DNA from: Botryllus schlosseri
Lineage: Eukaryota
Direction of reading: 5' to 3'
DNA length: 60,000 nucleotides
Assembly: GCA_051294905.1 (NCBI GenBank)
Contig: CM119371.1
Coordinates: 40,612,001-40,672,000 of the forward strand
The notes beneath the pieces are model-generated. The model ran no database searches. It saw only the letters and a list, made by a program, of their open reading frames with translations, and was not told where the DNA came from. The translations under genes and the position numbers were made by a program. Each line of letters begins with the position of its first letter. Position 1 is the stretch's first letter. Below, one piece after another: positions 37,075-51,685 of the stretch.

Positions 37075-38592
37075 TCAATTGAAGTCAGTTACATAGTCGT
37101 TTAAATATGCAGGTCGAATACGATTACGTCTGGGCATGACATTCATTTCACAGTTTGAAGGTATGACAACAGTTTCAGAATTCAAGGACTCTGCGGGTGA
37201 CTGACTGGGTAAGTCCTCTTCACCCTCAACAATATAAGGATGGAGATTATCAACATGGGTTATGCGAAATTTGCTTGTGTCAACATTTTGAATACGATAC
37301 ACAAAATTTTCCAATTTCTCGACAACTCGCCAGGGACCATTCCAGCCAGAGGACAATTTCCTATGCTTAGGCGGGTAATAAAACCAAACGTAAGAGCCAA
37401 CTTCAAATTCGTGCGATTCAACATAACGATTGAAATATGTTTTCTGTTTCACAGCAGATCTACGCAATTTCTCACGTGCAAATTTAAACGCATCAACACT
37501 GGCCGCAGAAAACCATTCAACATAGTCAGTGTAACATTTGCGCGGCGTGCATTTCGGAGGTCTACCATAAACAATATCACTCGGCAAGGAAACTTCACGA
37601 CCAAGAAATAACTTATTAGGAGTGTACCCAGTGGAATCATGAACACTTGAACGATAAGCTTGCAGTAAATATGGCAAATGAACATCCCAATCAGATCTAC
37701 TCTCATTGACATAACTGGTCAACATCTGCAAAATGGACCTATTATTTCTCTCAGTTAACCCATCAGATTGGGGTCGAAAAGTTGTAGTTCTAGTCTTGAA
37801 AATTTCATACAATTCACACATCTCTTGAAATAACCTGGATTCAAATTGCACTCCTTGATCAGTGTGTATAATATTCGGTGCGCCAAACTTACAAAAAAAT
37901 TCTGTCACAAGAATATCGGCTGCTGATGCAGCCAGAAGGTCCTTCATTGGGTACGCTTCAACCCACTTAGTAAAATAATCAGTAACCACCATCAGGTATT
38001 TATTGCCCAGTTCAGTAGATGGCATAGGACCCACAAAATCAAGAGAAATCCTATCTAAGGGTTCAGAGCAAAGCATCTTTACCAATTTGGCACGCTTTTT
38101 TCCATGTCCAGTTTTACTTGATGTGCAAGGTTTGCAAAATTTTACCCAGTTACTGACATCTTGCTTCATGCCGGGCCAATAAAAGCGATCTCTCAATTTA
38201 GCATAAGTTTTGTCCCGCCCCAAATGGCCACCTGTTCGCAAGGTATGATATTCGGTAAATAGTTTCCTACGCAACGACATGGGCATAACAATTTGAAAAG
38301 TTGAATCACAGCCGGGATTAACTTGCAAATATTCACGATACAAAACACCATTACGCAAAGATAAAAACTTCCAATGAGAACACAAGACTCTGACCATGTG
38401 AGAATGCAGTAGCAACTCTTCGGAAGAAGGTTTACCACTGGCAGATTCCTTCAATGATATTACCGTCCCAATGTCCGAGTCGACCATCTGCAAATCGCGC
38501 AACTCTTCATTGGACAAAGTATGCAACCAGTTAGGCGCAGGCGAAGGTCGATCAACAGAGTTTGTAACGGAGTCGGTGCCCGCACTAACGGG
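37075..38592 (-). CDS. pol: pol C-terminal part: integrase
   Basis: HHCC, DDE (SLDF, TDQG, GLTERNNR) and GPW motifs; in frame with the N-terminal part once 38593-51691 is removed. Confidence 0.93.
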   Translation of the reverse strand, partial: PVSAGTDSVTNSVDRPSPAPNWLHTLSNEELRDLQMVDSDIGTVISLKESASGKPSSEELLLHSHMVRVLCSHWKFLSLRNGVLYREYLQVNPGCDSTFQIVMPMSLRRKLFTEYHTLRTGGHLGRDKTYAKLRDRFYWPGMKQDVSNWVKFCKPCTSSKTGHGKKRAKLVKMLCSEPLDRISLDFVGPMPSTELGNKYLMVVTDYFTKWVEAYPMKDLLAASAADILVTEFFCKFGAPNIIHTDQGVQFESRLFQEMCELYEIFKTRTTTFRPQSDGLTERNNRSILQMLTSYVNESRSDWDVHLPYLLQAYRSSVHDSTGYTPNKLFLGREVSLPSDIVYGRPPKCTPRKCYTDYVEWFSAASVDAFKFAREKLRRSAVKQKTYFNRYVESHEFEVGSYVWFYYPPKHRKLSSGWNGPWRVVEKLENFVYRIQNVDTSKFRITHVDNLHPYIVEGEEDLPSQSPAESLNSETVVIPSNCEMNVMPRRNRIRPAYLNDYVTDFN

Positions 38593-41500
38593 AGTAGTAT
38601 AGTCGATCGGTCGCAGATCGTAATGGGTTTCTTATGGGTGCACCCGACCGGTGCCGCGAAACTCGTCCTGAACCGGTGACCCTTTCAGACCCCCCTTCCA
38701 CCCGACCGGTGCCTGGGTTTGTATAGACATCTCTCGACCGGTAACCCTTTTCGGTATAGGGATCACTCAACCGGTGCCTCGAAACTCGTCTTGAACCGGT
38801 GACCATTTTCGGTATAGGGATCACTCAACCGGTGCCTCGAAAACTCGTGTTGGTGAGTCGTACTTTCGGGTAACGACATCTCTCGCACGTCGTACTTTCG
38901 CATGTCGTGCTTTGGCGTATAGGCTGTGTTGGTGACTCGCCATGTGTTCTTATGGGTGTGGTCGTGATTCGTACTTTCAGGCATCTCTCGCGCGGTGTTG
39001 AATAGTCACCAACAATAACCGCACAAACGGAAACGTGGCTTGCAAGAGGATTAAGCAGTGCGACCTATATTCCGAATGACCTGCGCGCTGAATTGTTTCA
39101 AGGCCAACCGCGTGCTACTATCGAATATTACACTAGACCAGTCAGTGTGAAATAGTTTGCTAAATCTAGGAGTCACTTCCAAGGTAATATTTTGGTAATT
39201 AGTTTACCACAGAGCCGGCGTAGACGGCGATTCGAATATCAACAATAACCGCATTCACAAACTAACACTTAAAAAATGTGTGAAATAGTTTGCAAAACCC
39301 CGCGATCTCTGACAAGATAATGTCTCGGACATAACCATCTTTCGCGACTTGGTGTTACAGGCATATCGATCACTCACGCGGTGAAATATTCGTGAGCATC
39401 ACTCGCAGAATTATATTTTGGTAATTATTTTGTCACAGAGCCGGCGTAGACGACGATTCCAACACCAACAATAACCGTGCACACAAACTAACACTTCAAA
39501 AATGTGTGAAATAGTTTGCAAAACCCCAGCGATCGCTGACAAGATAATGGCTCGGGTGACATGATAACGTTACAGGTATAGGCTGTGGTGGTGATTCGCC
39601 GTGTGTTCTTATGGGTGCGCTCGCACGTCGTACTTTCAAGTATAGGTATCTCTCGCATGCCGTATTGGAAACTCGTGTTGGCTCGCTCACGCGGTGAAAT
39701 TTTAGTAAGCAGTTTGTCACAGAACTTGATTTCGCTGGTAAGATTTAACAAATAACGAATAACAGACCGCCAGTGTCGGTAACTTGAATAGCGACAAATT
39801 GTCAATTATTTCCGCTCTAACCCTAATCCTCTGTGAAGTGAACGCTTATTCAAAAGGGCGTGATATAATTTTAAAATCCGACGACCACTCACCGGCTAAT
39901 GCTTCAGACATAGCAATCCCTCATGTCCGCTCACAAGGTAATATTTCGGTAATTAGTTTGTCCCAGAACCATCGCAGACGGTGATTCGAAAACCAACAAT
40001 TTGTCACTCGCCCGCGATCGCTATATGTTTCACGCCTCCAGAATAGTGGCTGACTTTAGTTGTGTGATAAGATCCATGAAAATATGCAATCAATGTGTTA
40101 GCTTATCAACTTGAAATGAAACTCACTACACAAATCAAGTCGATTCGTATCTGAATGTTTTAAATCGACACAACTCAAATCCTTTGACAAATCCCTTAAC
40201 GCGTTTTTGTTGAATCGAACGTAACCCGAATATTACTGACGCCGACTTTCAGCCGCATCGAATTATTCGCACATTACGCGTCGCTGTTTTCACACTTATA
40301 GAATCAATACCAACTATAACTCTACAAGAATCAAGAATCACAAGTATGTGCATTACACAGTTATTGTCTTTATTAACTTGAAATCAAACACTTAACAAAA
40401 ACACGCAACTAATCATTTGGCAACTCTAGCATTACCAAAAAATTCCAGTATTGTTGATTGAAAATCCTTGAGTCATTATTATCAAAAATGTTATAGTACC
40501 GCATCGGGATCCATTCGCGGGATGTACTAAAGGTAAATCCAAATAATCCACATTCGCGGGATGTACTAAAGGTAAATCCAAATAATCCAGAATGAAATAT
40601 TTGGACTTTGACATAGTGTGAATTGAAATAGGATTGACAAACACGACTACCAACTTTGATCCAGCCACATTTCAAGATCATACTTTGAAACAAGTAATGT
40701 AACATTACAACTCTATTCACGATCCCGCTTTCCATTTGTCAAAGAGATATTTTAACATCTTACCATACTCAAAAGAATTATTCACAACATTAACAATTGT
40801 TCAAAATCTAGTTTTCACTTACTTGATTATATCACTGCAACTCATAAATTTGAATTAATTCATCCTGGTTGTATTCGTATGCTCGGTCTTTTTTATTCAA
40901 TTGTAAAGGTTGTTACTATTCTGAAGACAAAGTATTTACAAATCGGTGCATATACGATTTGACTTGGACATACTATATTTCGAGTATACGAGATTTGAAT
41001 GTCTGAACAATAACTGAGAAATAATTTATCACAATTAAATCCGTAATATTACAGCGTAAAAGATATTGGAATGTCAGCAACTCTGTAAGGTCATAGTTAC
41101 TACCACTAATTTACCCGACCAACTCGTCATGATCATTCCTGAAATCAACACAAACGTGACCACTGACTTGAGTTAACCACAAAACAGCATCAAGTTTTAA
41201 ATCCACTTGTAGCTTACGGCTTATTTGAATGCGGGTTATGTTTTGTTGTAATTGAGTGTACGGAAATAGTATTACGTCTCGACATATCACCATGTCGGAA
41301 TTTGTGACAGAGAATTGAAACATATGCACTTTACAGAGTGTGAAAATATCACTTTGAGTATCGAGTACCGTTCGAAGCTAGCGATCAATTCTTAATCATT
41401 TCAGTAACTCCCCCATTGTGTGTGCTAAATGTAAAATATCGCGAGGTTATACACTCTAAGACTTTGATCATTACAAAAGTAAATTGTGATATGTTTGTTA

Positions 41501-44500
41501 GATGCATCCAATTCAACTAGAAGTGTCTAGTGCCCAACACTCGTAATATCAAAAAAGTACTTGCTACACTGTTATTTGCTACGTGTTATGCATTGTTGTT
41601 TATTTGTAGTATTGAATGAAATTGTTCTTGAACCCTCAAATAATAATCCCCGACATGAAACCAAGCCGCTGAAAGTCGTTACCATCACGAAGATAGAATG
41701 TGTACGATGTTTGTCAAATGTATCCTACCTGACCAACAGAAAACAATTTTCACTAGCTTGGTAATGAAACCGAAGTCTCCATTCGATATTTTGTTTGTGT
41801 CAAATACTTTGCAATGAACACATTTGGGTGGTTGAGCTTTACATCATCAGACTGTCATCTGTACATCAAGAATACATCCGACTTGTAACCGGATCGTTTA
41901 CCTAACCGAGTTGTATGCACAGTTTGATATTTTTGTCATTTAGTGATTGCTGAACATACCACTTCGAAATACTGCGTTGATCTTAATTTCCATCATCGTG
42001 ATAAGTGAAGTACATTTGTTTTGAATTCATAACAATAGGCTTTTCTACGACATGGTAAATTATTGACAAGTTCTGCTTAGAAGATTGGTTGCATATCACG
42101 AAAAATAATATACCACACATATTATTACTGTTACTCCATTCATCGGCATTTTTTCCGTTGTCGATTTTCAAACGAGTAAAATTTATTACTTGAGTTGCTC
42201 TGCTTACTATATTTAAATGTAAACTCGCCCGTCTTTCAACAACAAACAATGTTAAAAAAGTATGCAATCAAACACAACAAGTTTTACGATACTAATTATT
42301 ATCCCACATAACCCATTTCTTACCGAAGACATATGAAATATATTCATGTTACACGAAAATATTCGCTCATGCTACAAACCTGTACAATGATTGGGGGTGC
42401 TTTCAAACTGTTTCGATACCTCAAGAACTTTATTGTCTGAACGGTTGTTCATGTATCGTAATAATCAAGTAGTTCAACATAGAACTAGTATTAACAGAAA
42501 CATCAGACTTGTTTACACAAAAGTTTGTATGCGTGCAGTATGCGAATACCATGTGTAAGTCCAGCACAATTGTGGTATCCATCCGGGTTTAGTTAACACA
42601 ATTTACGACACCGAGGTCACCTCATCTTTCGTAAGACAACAAACCAACCAAGGTTTCAGGATATGTCCGTGTCATAGCAATAAATCAGCTACTACAACAA
42701 CAGAGTACATATGTTTTCTAGTTACGGCGCTTACGTCTTACACACAAATCAATCCACTTTGCTAACAAAAAGTGCTGGGTCATCAAGTGATTACCCTAAC
42801 AACAAAACAGCTAAACGTACTATCATACAAAATGGCCGTTATAGTCACCAACGGTACATCGTACAAGTAACAAGTCTCGAGAATCCAGTTATTGAAAAAA
42901 CATGAAAGTGTTTCTACACCAAGTCGTTATGTTGACGAAAGCGTATATTGTAATATCATGATCGATTTGCATTCGTGGTCACAAAATGTCACTACTCTAA
43001 ATAATTATTTTTCACTCAAACACAAACGCATACTTGTCGCCAATCGTTTTCATCAAGCACGAGTTCAAGAAACCTGCTACGACATGAATTGTTATTTTTT
43101 TATGTTGTGTAAATAGGTAATAATTAATTTTAGTAACACTATATCAACATCATCTAGTTGCGCGAATAGATTTACACGTGGTCTTGTGGTTTTAATCGAA
43201 GTACACAGCGCGGTCTAACGCGGAGTCATCTCTATTGTACAGCAACTCGGAAATCGAAATGCATGCATTAACATTTAAACAGCGATCGCGTTTCGTGACG
43301 CGAAAAATATGTTCACCACCGCGATACTCTGCACAGGGCGTGCAAATCCTTTTCACACTCGTAATAGTATACCAACGGCTACCGGCGACAACGTTTAACA
43401 ATACCAACGACACTAAACATACGATACCTACCCAAGTAAAATTTCCATTTTCACCTGGAGGTCAGCCGTTACCTGACTAAAAATACCATTGTCCTTTGGA
43501 GATTTATCGTTTACCCAGTGTAACAATCCCCTTTTCACTTGGAAATATATTTTTGACCTGGATAACAAACCCCTTTTCACTTGGAAATCTATTTTTGCCC
43601 TGGATAACAAACCCCTTTTCACTTGGAAATATATTTTTTCTCTGGTTAACAAACCTTTTTCACTTGGAAATATATTTTTTCTCTTGGTAACAAACCCCTT
43701 TTCTCTGGGTAACAAACCTTTTTCACTTGGAAATTTATTTTTTCCCCAGGTAACAAACCTTTTTCGCTTGGAAATATATTTCTCCCTGGGTTACAAACCT
43801 TTTTCACTTGGTGGTCCGTCGTTTACCTGAGTAAAAATATCATTTTCCTTTGGGGGATCTGGCGTTTACCCAGTGTAACAATACATTTTCTTTTGGTCAT
43901 CTAGCTTTTCCTAGAGTAACAAAACCATTTTCATTTTGAAATCTGACAAACACACCTGACAATTTGATATTTTTGTATATTGTTACAACGGATAGCGACA
44001 AAATATACACCAACAACAACTCCAATACATTTGTGTAATCGCATATTCACTTGTGCTGATGCAACCCATCAATATCATCGGTTACCCGCATGCAATATCC
44101 TCTTGTACACCGAAATGCATGTTTTGGAAAATTGGACAATAGGCTTCGATAGTTCTGTGATGTCCGGGTTCGTGCTTTGGATTTTCCAGAGTCAAAATGT
44201 CTGAATAAAACACCTCCTCGACGATGGTTGGTATGTGGATAACGGGGTTCGGAAGACGGTTGGATTTATGTCACCCATCGCGATAACAATTCCAGGTCGA
44301 GTTTTCCCCCCGCATGTTTACTATATTGTGTCTTTATTGGTCAATGTATGTCTCGACATTCAGTTTGAAATCGGAATTGATAAAGTATGTAACCGGATCC
44401 GGATATCAACTCTGAATCGATAAACCAATGAACAATATTCAAAGTAAACATGTTACATTCCACGAAAAAATACCATCCAGACATACGTCGCGCTTGTTTG

Positions 44501-44660
44501 CCCACAACAGTATACGCGTAAATGGAGGTGTGTGACATTGCATGCAATGTGTTGGTATACAAACATCGATCCACAGACATTATCATAGCCGGTAATTTTG
44601 ATGCAGATCGAATGTCACCCGATAACAATACCAATAAGCCACATTGCAATGACTCTGAGT
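38593..44660 (+). repeat. Left inverted arm of copy 2 (~6.07 kb)
   Basis: Reverse complement of 45580-51685. Confidence 0.95.
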
Positions 44661-45196
44661 ACGCGCTATGACATCGATATTTCGACACCGTTCACTGATT
44701 TATTCGATGGTGTTATCGTGTTGTAACATTACAAGATAGTCATGACCCTATCTGCAGACGGACCACCCAGACTAATTGGATACATCGGTCAATATCCATC
44801 GTGTTGTCGACACCGAAGTCTTCTGCTGCAGCGTTTGACCAATGTGAAATATCGAAGTACGGGTGCTCGAAATGATTGCGATCAGTCTTTCAGTCACGAT
44901 CAATGGATGTCGCTACTCCCACATAACGACTCCGGATAAATATCGTGCAAATGTCGGACTGATATTGTGATCCAATAAGGTATGTTTCTGTGGAATGAAG
45001 ACTGCAATCGTACACCACAATAGAACACTACCTCGTGATTTCACACGCAATCATAAAACACACTTTCGTAAGGGTCTAGCTCGTCCGGTGACATTTCGAA
45101 ACGGTCGTCACCACAAGAGATCGGATTTGGTCTCGTCATATCGGAGCATTTTGAAACGACATCGTCACAAGTCTATTGACGTCGATTCAGTTGGTC

Positions 45197-45472
45197 ATGT
45201 CAATCCGTTTCACAATCCACCGTTTTTCAACTCCCCGCACCATAGTGTTACGACACAGACAAGAAGCGTCGGTGGAAATAATAAAACACGGAAAGCACAC
45301 TTTGGTGTTCTTTGACATGGATTTTACACCCGACGAACCTCACATTCGAGCGATGCATTGGAATGACGCTTGTATTATTGATGTAGAAGGAACAGAAATG
45401 TATCGATTTATTGGTTTCGTACGTATCCAACAAAAATCTGGGTATATGATTGTGCATGGTTCGCATATTTGA
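45197..45472 (+). CDS. Conserved 91-aa hypothetical protein in the palindrome loop
   Basis: ATG at 45197 inside track ORF 45176-45472; aligns without gaps to 22819-23094. Confidence 0.8.
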   Translation: MSIRFTIHRFSTPRTIVLRHRQEASVEIIKHGKHTLVFFDMDFTPDEPHIRAMHWNDACIIDVEGTEMYRFIGFVRIQQKSGYMIVHGSHI

Positions 45473-45579
45473 CTGTGATCACAATATTGGTATGTACTGT
45501 ATAGTTCACTTTCACCGTCGTGCGAATAACCCATGTTACGGTTCGGTGTTTGTGTGTCCGTATGTCACGCTTCAGATTG

Positions 45580-48500
45580 ACTCAGAGTCATTGCAATGTG
45601 GCTTATTGGTATTGTTATCGGGTGACATTCGATCTGCATCAAAATTACCGGCCATGATAATGTCTGTGGATCGATGTTTGTATACCAACACATTGCATGC
45701 AATGTCACACACCTCCATTTACGCGTATACTGTTGTGGGCAAACAAGCGCGACGTATGTCTGGATGGTATTTTTTCGTGGAATGTAACATGTTTACTTTG
45801 AATATTGTTCATTGGTTTATCGATTCAGAGTTGATATCCGGATCCGGTTACATACTTTATCAATTCCGATTTCAAACTGAATGTCGAGACATACATTGAC
45901 CAATAAAGACACAATATAGTAAACATGCGGGGGGAAAACTCGACCTGGAATTGTTATCGCGATGGGTGACATAAATCCAACCGTCTTCCGAACCCCGTTA
46001 TCCACATACCAACCATCGTCGAGGAGGTGTTTTATTCAGACATTTTGACTCTGGAAAATCCAAAGCACGAACCCGGACATCACAGAACTATCGAAGCCTA
46101 TTGTCCAATTTTCCAAAACATGCATTTCGGTGTACAAGAGGATATTGCATGCGGGTAACCGATGATATTGATGGGTTGCATCAGCACAAGTGAATATGCG
46201 ATTACACAAATGTATTGGAGTTGTTGTTGGTGTATATTTTGTCGCTATCCGTTGTAACAATATACAAAAATATCAAATTGTCAGGTGTGTTTGTCAGATT
46301 TCAAAATGAAAATGGTTTTGTTACTCTAGGAAAAGCTAGATGACCAAAAGAAAATGTATTGTTACACTGGGTAAACGCCAGATCCCCCAAAGGAAAATGA
46401 TATTTTTACTCAGGTAAACGACGGACCACCAAGTGAAAAAGGTTTGTAACCCAGGGAGAAATATATTTCCAAGCGAAAAAGGTTTGTTACCTGGGGAAAA
46501 AATATATTTCCAAGTGAAAAAGGTTTGTTACCCAGAGAAAAGGGGTTTGTTACCAAGAGAAAAAATATATTTCCAAGTGAAAAAGGTTTGTTAACCAGAG
46601 AAAAAATATATTTCCAAGTGAAAAGGGGTTTGTTATCCAGGGCAAAAATAGATTTCCAAGTGAAAAGGGGTTTGTTATCCAGGTCAAAAATATATTTCCA
46701 AGTGAAAAGGGGATTGTTACACTGGGTAAACGATAAATCTCCAAAGGACAATGGTATTTTTAGTCAGGTAACGGCTGACCTCCAGGTGAAAATGGAAATT
46801 TTACTTGGGTAGGTATCGTATGTTTAGTGTCGTTGGTATTGTTAAACGTTGTCGCCGGTAGCCGTTGGTATACTATTACGAGTGTGAAAAGGATTTGCAC
46901 GCCCTGTGCAGAGTATCGCGGTGGTGAACATATTTTTCGCGTCACGAAACGCGATCGCTGTTTAAATGTTAATGCATGCATTTCGATTTCCGAGTTGCTG
47001 TACAATAGAGATGACTCCGCGTTAGACCGCGCTGTGTACTTCGATTAAAACCACAAGACCACGTGTAAATCTATTCGCGCAACTAGATGATGTTGATATA
47101 GTGTTACTAAAATTAATTATTACCTATTTACACAACATAAAAAAATAACAATTCATGTCGTAGCAGGTTTCTTGAACTCGTGCTTGATGAAAACGATTGG
47201 CGACAAGTATGCGTTTGTGTTTGAGTGAAAAATAATTATTTAGAGTAGTGACATTTTGTGACCACGAATGCAAATCGATCATGATATTACAATATACGCT
47301 TTCGTCAACATAACGACTTGGTGTAGAAACACTTTCATGTTTTTTCAATAACTGGATTCTCGAGACTTGTTACTTGTACGATGTACCGTTGGTGACTATA
47401 ACGGCCATTTTGTATGATAGTACGTTTAGCTGTTTTGTTGTTAGGGTAATCACTTGATGACCCAGCACTTTTTGTTAGCAAAGTGGATTGATTTGTGTGT
47501 AAGACGTAAGCGCCGTAACTAGAAAACATATGTACTCTGTTGTTGTAGTAGCTGATTTATTGCTATGACACGGACATATCCTGAAACCTTGGTTGGTTTG
47601 TTGTCTTACGAAAGATGAGGTGACCTCGGTGTCGTAAATTGTGTTAACTAAACCCGGATGGATACCACAATTGTGCTGGACTTACACATGGTATTCGCAT
47701 ACTGCACGCATACAAACTTTTGTGTAAACAAGTCTGATGTTTCTGTTAATACTAGTTCTATGTTGAACTACTTGATTATTACGATACATGAACAACCGTT
47801 CAGACAATAAAGTTCTTGAGGTATCGAAACAGTTTGAAAGCACCCCCAATCATTGTACAGGTTTGTAGCATGAGCGAATATTTTCGTGTAACATGAATAT
47901 ATTTCATATGTCTTCGGTAAGAAATGGGTTATGTGGGATAATAATTAGTATCGTAAAACTTGTTGTGTTTGATTGCATACTTTTTTAACATTGTTTGTTG
48001 TTGAAAGACGGGCGAGTTTACATTTAAATATAGTAAGCAGAGCAACTCAAGTAATAAATTTTACTCGTTTGAAAATCGACAACGGAAAAAATGCCGATGA
48101 ATGGAGTAACAGTAATAATATGTGTGGTATATTATTTTTCGTGATATGCAACCAATCTTCTAAGCAGAACTTGTCAATAATTTACCATGTCGTAGAAAAG
48201 CCTATTGTTATGAATTCAAAACAAATGTACTTCACTTATCACGATGATGGAAATTAAGATCAACGCAGTATTTCGAAGTGGTATGTTCAGCAATCACTAA
48301 ATGACAAAAATATCAAACTGTGCATACAACTCGGTTAGGTAAACGATCCGGTTACAAGTCGGATGTATTCTTGATGTACAGATGACAGTCTGATGATGTA
48401 AAGCTCAACCACCCAAATGTGTTCATTGCAAAGTATTTGACACAAACAAAATATCGAATGGAGACTTCGGTTTCATTACCAAGCTAGTGAAAATTGTTTT

Positions 48501-51500
48501 CTGTTGGTCAGGTAGGATACATTTGACAAACATCGTACACATTCTATCTTCGTGATGGTAACGACTTTCAGCGGCTTGGTTTCATGTCGGGGATTATTAT
48601 TTGAGGGTTCAAGAACAATTTCATCCAATACTACAAATAAACAACAATGCATAACACGTAGCAAATAACAGTGTAGCAAGTACTTTTTTGATATTACGAG
48701 TGTTGGGCACTAGACACTTCTAGTTGAATTGGATGCATCTAACAAACATATCACAATTTACTTTTGTAATGATCAAAGTCTTAGAGTGTATAACCTCGCG
48801 ATATTTTACATTTAGCACACACAATGGGGGAGTTACTGAAATGATTAAGAATTGATCGCTAGCTTCGAACGGTACTCGATACTCAAAGTGATATTTTCAC
48901 ACTCTGTAAAGTGCATATGTTTCAATTCTCTGTCACAAATTCCGACATGGTGATATGTCGAGACGTAATACTATTTCCGTACACTCAATTACAACAAAAC
49001 ATAACCCGCATTCAAATAAGCCGTAAGCTACAAGTGGATTTAAAACTTGATGCTGTTTTGTGGTTAACTCAAGTCAGTGGTCACGTTTGTGTTGATTTCA
49101 GGAATGATCATGACGAGTTGGTCGGGTAAATTAGTGGTAGTAACTATGACCTTACAGAGTTGCTGACATTCCAATATCTTTTACGCTGTAATATTACGGA
49201 TTTAATTGTGATAAATTATTTCTCAGTTATTGTTCAGACATTCAAATCTCGTATACTCGAAATATAGTATGTCCAAGTCAAATCGTATATGCACCGATTT
49301 GTAAATACTTTGTCTTCAGAATAGTAACAACCTTTACAATTGAATAAAAAAGACCGAGCATACGAATACAACCAGGATGAATTAATTCAAATTTATGAGT
49401 TGCAGTGATATAATCAAGTAAGTGAAAACTAGATTTTGAACAATTGTTAATGTTGTGAATAATTCTTTTGAGTATGGTAAGATGTTAAAATATCTCTTTG
49501 ACAAATGGAAAGCGGGATCGTGAATAGAGTTGTAATGTTACATTACTTGTTTCAAAGTATGATCTTGAAATGTGGCTGGATCAAAGTTGGTAGTCGTGTT
49601 TGTCAATCCTATTTCAATTCACACTATGTCAAAGTCCAAATATTTCATTCTGGATTATTTGGATTTACCTTTAGTACATCCCGCGAATGTGGATTATTTG
49701 GATTTACCTTTAGTACATCCCGCGAATGTGGATTATTTGGATTTACCTTAGTACATCCCGCGAATGGATCCCGATGCGGTACTATAACATTTTTGATAAT
49801 AATGACTCAAGGATTTTCAATCAACAATACTGGAATTTTTTGGTAATGCTAGAGTTGCCAAATGATTAGTTGCGTGTTTTTGTTAAGTGTTTGATTTCAA
49901 GTTAATAAAGACAATAACTGTGTAATGCACATACTTGTGATTCTTGATTCTTGTAGAGTTATAGTTGGTATTGATTCTATAAGTGTGAAAACAGCGACGC
50001 GTAATGTGCGAATAATTCGATGCGGCTGAAAGTCGGCGTCAGTAATATTCGGGTTACGTTCGATTCAACAAAAACGCGTTAAGGGATTTGTCAAAGGATT
50101 TGAGTTGTGTCGATTTAAAACATTCAGATACGAATCGACTTGATTTGTGTAGTGAGTTTCATTTCAAGTTGATAAGCTAACACATTGATTGCATATTTTC
50201 ATGGATCTTATCACACAACTAAAGTCAGCCACTATTCTGGAGGCGTGAAACATATAGCGATCGCGGGCGAGTGACAAATTGTTGGTTTTCGAATCACCGT
50301 ATGCGATGGTTCTGGGACAAACTAATTACCGAAATATTACCTTGTGAGCGGACATGAGGGATTGCTATGTCTGAAGCATTAGCCGGTGAGTGGTCGTCGG
50401 ATTTTAAAATTATATCACGCCCTTTTGAATAAGCGTTCACTTCACAGAGGATTAGGGTTAGAGCGGAAATAATTGACAATTTGTCGCTATTCAAGTTACC
50501 GACACTGGCGGTCTGTTATTCGTTATTTGTTAAATCTTACCAGCGAAATCAAGTTCTGTGACAAACTGCTTACTAAAATTTCACCGCGTGAGCGAGCCAA
50601 CACGAGTTTCCAATACGGCATGCGAGAGATACCTATACTTGAAAGTACGACGTGCGAGCGCACCCATAAGAACACACGGCGAATCACCACCACAGCCTAT
50701 ACCTGTAACGTTATCATGTCACCCGAGCCATTATCTTGTCAGCGATCGCTGGGGTTTTGCAAACTATTTCACACATTTTTGAAGTGTTAGTTTGTGTGCA
50801 CGGTTATTGTTGGTGTTGGAATCGTCGTCTACGCCGGCTCTGTGACAAAATAATTACCAAAATATAATTCTGCGAGTGATGCTCACGAATATTTCACCGC
50901 GTGAGTGATCGATATGCCTGTAACACCAAGTCGCGAAAGATGGTTATGTCCGAGACATTATCTTGTCAGAGATCGCGGGGTTTTGCAAACTATTTCACAC
51001 ATTTTTTAAGTGTTAGTTTGTGAATGCGGTTATTGTTGATATTCGAATCGCCGTCTACGCCGGCTCTGTGGTAAACTAATTACCAAAATATTACCTTGGA
51101 AGTGACTCCTAGATTTAGCAAACTATTTCACACTGACTGGTCTAGTGTAATATTCGATAGTAGCACGCGGTTGGCCTTGAAACAATTCAGCGCGCAGGTC
51201 ATTCGGAATATAGGTCGCACTGCTTAATCCTCTTGCAAGCCACGTTTCCGTTTGTGCGGTTATTGTTGGTGACTATTCAACACCGCGCGAGAGATGCCTG
51301 AAAGTACGAATCACGACCACACCCATAAGAACACATGGCGAGTCACCAACACAGCCTATACGCCAAAGCACGACATGCGAAAGTACGACGTGCGAGAGAT
51401 GTCGTTACCCGAAAGTACGACTCACCAACACGAGTTTTCGAGGCACCGGTTGAGTGATCCCTATACCGAAAATGGTCACCGGTTCAAGACGAGTTTCGAG

Positions 51501-51685
51501 GCACCGGTTGAGTGATCCCTATACCGAAAAGGGTTACCGGTCGAGAGATGCCTATACAAACCCAGGCACCGGTCGGGTGGAAGGGGGGTCTGAAAGGGTC
51601 ACCGGTTCAGGACGAGTTTCGCGGCACCGGTCGGGTGCACCCATAAGAAACCCATTACGATCTGCGACCGATCGACTATACTACT
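45580..51685 (-). repeat. Right inverted arm of copy 2
   Basis: Reverse complement of 38593-44660 with one extra 38-bp repeat unit near 49690-49765. Confidence 0.95.

Larger units (their letters stand above)
38593..51685. mobile_element. Giant palindromic non-autonomous Polinton/Maverick-like element, copy 2 (13.1 kb)
   Basis: AGTAGTATAG...CTATACTACT termini; 6-bp TSD AACGGG (38587-38592 / 51686-51691); arms 38593-44660 and 45580-51685; 919-bp loop. Confidence 0.85.

Noticed and set aside
15512..51685. Giant palindromes as fold-back read or assembly artefacts
   Set aside because: Each has a unique loop, its own 6-bp TSD, different flanks on each side and small arm differences, and removing copy 2 restores the pol frame.
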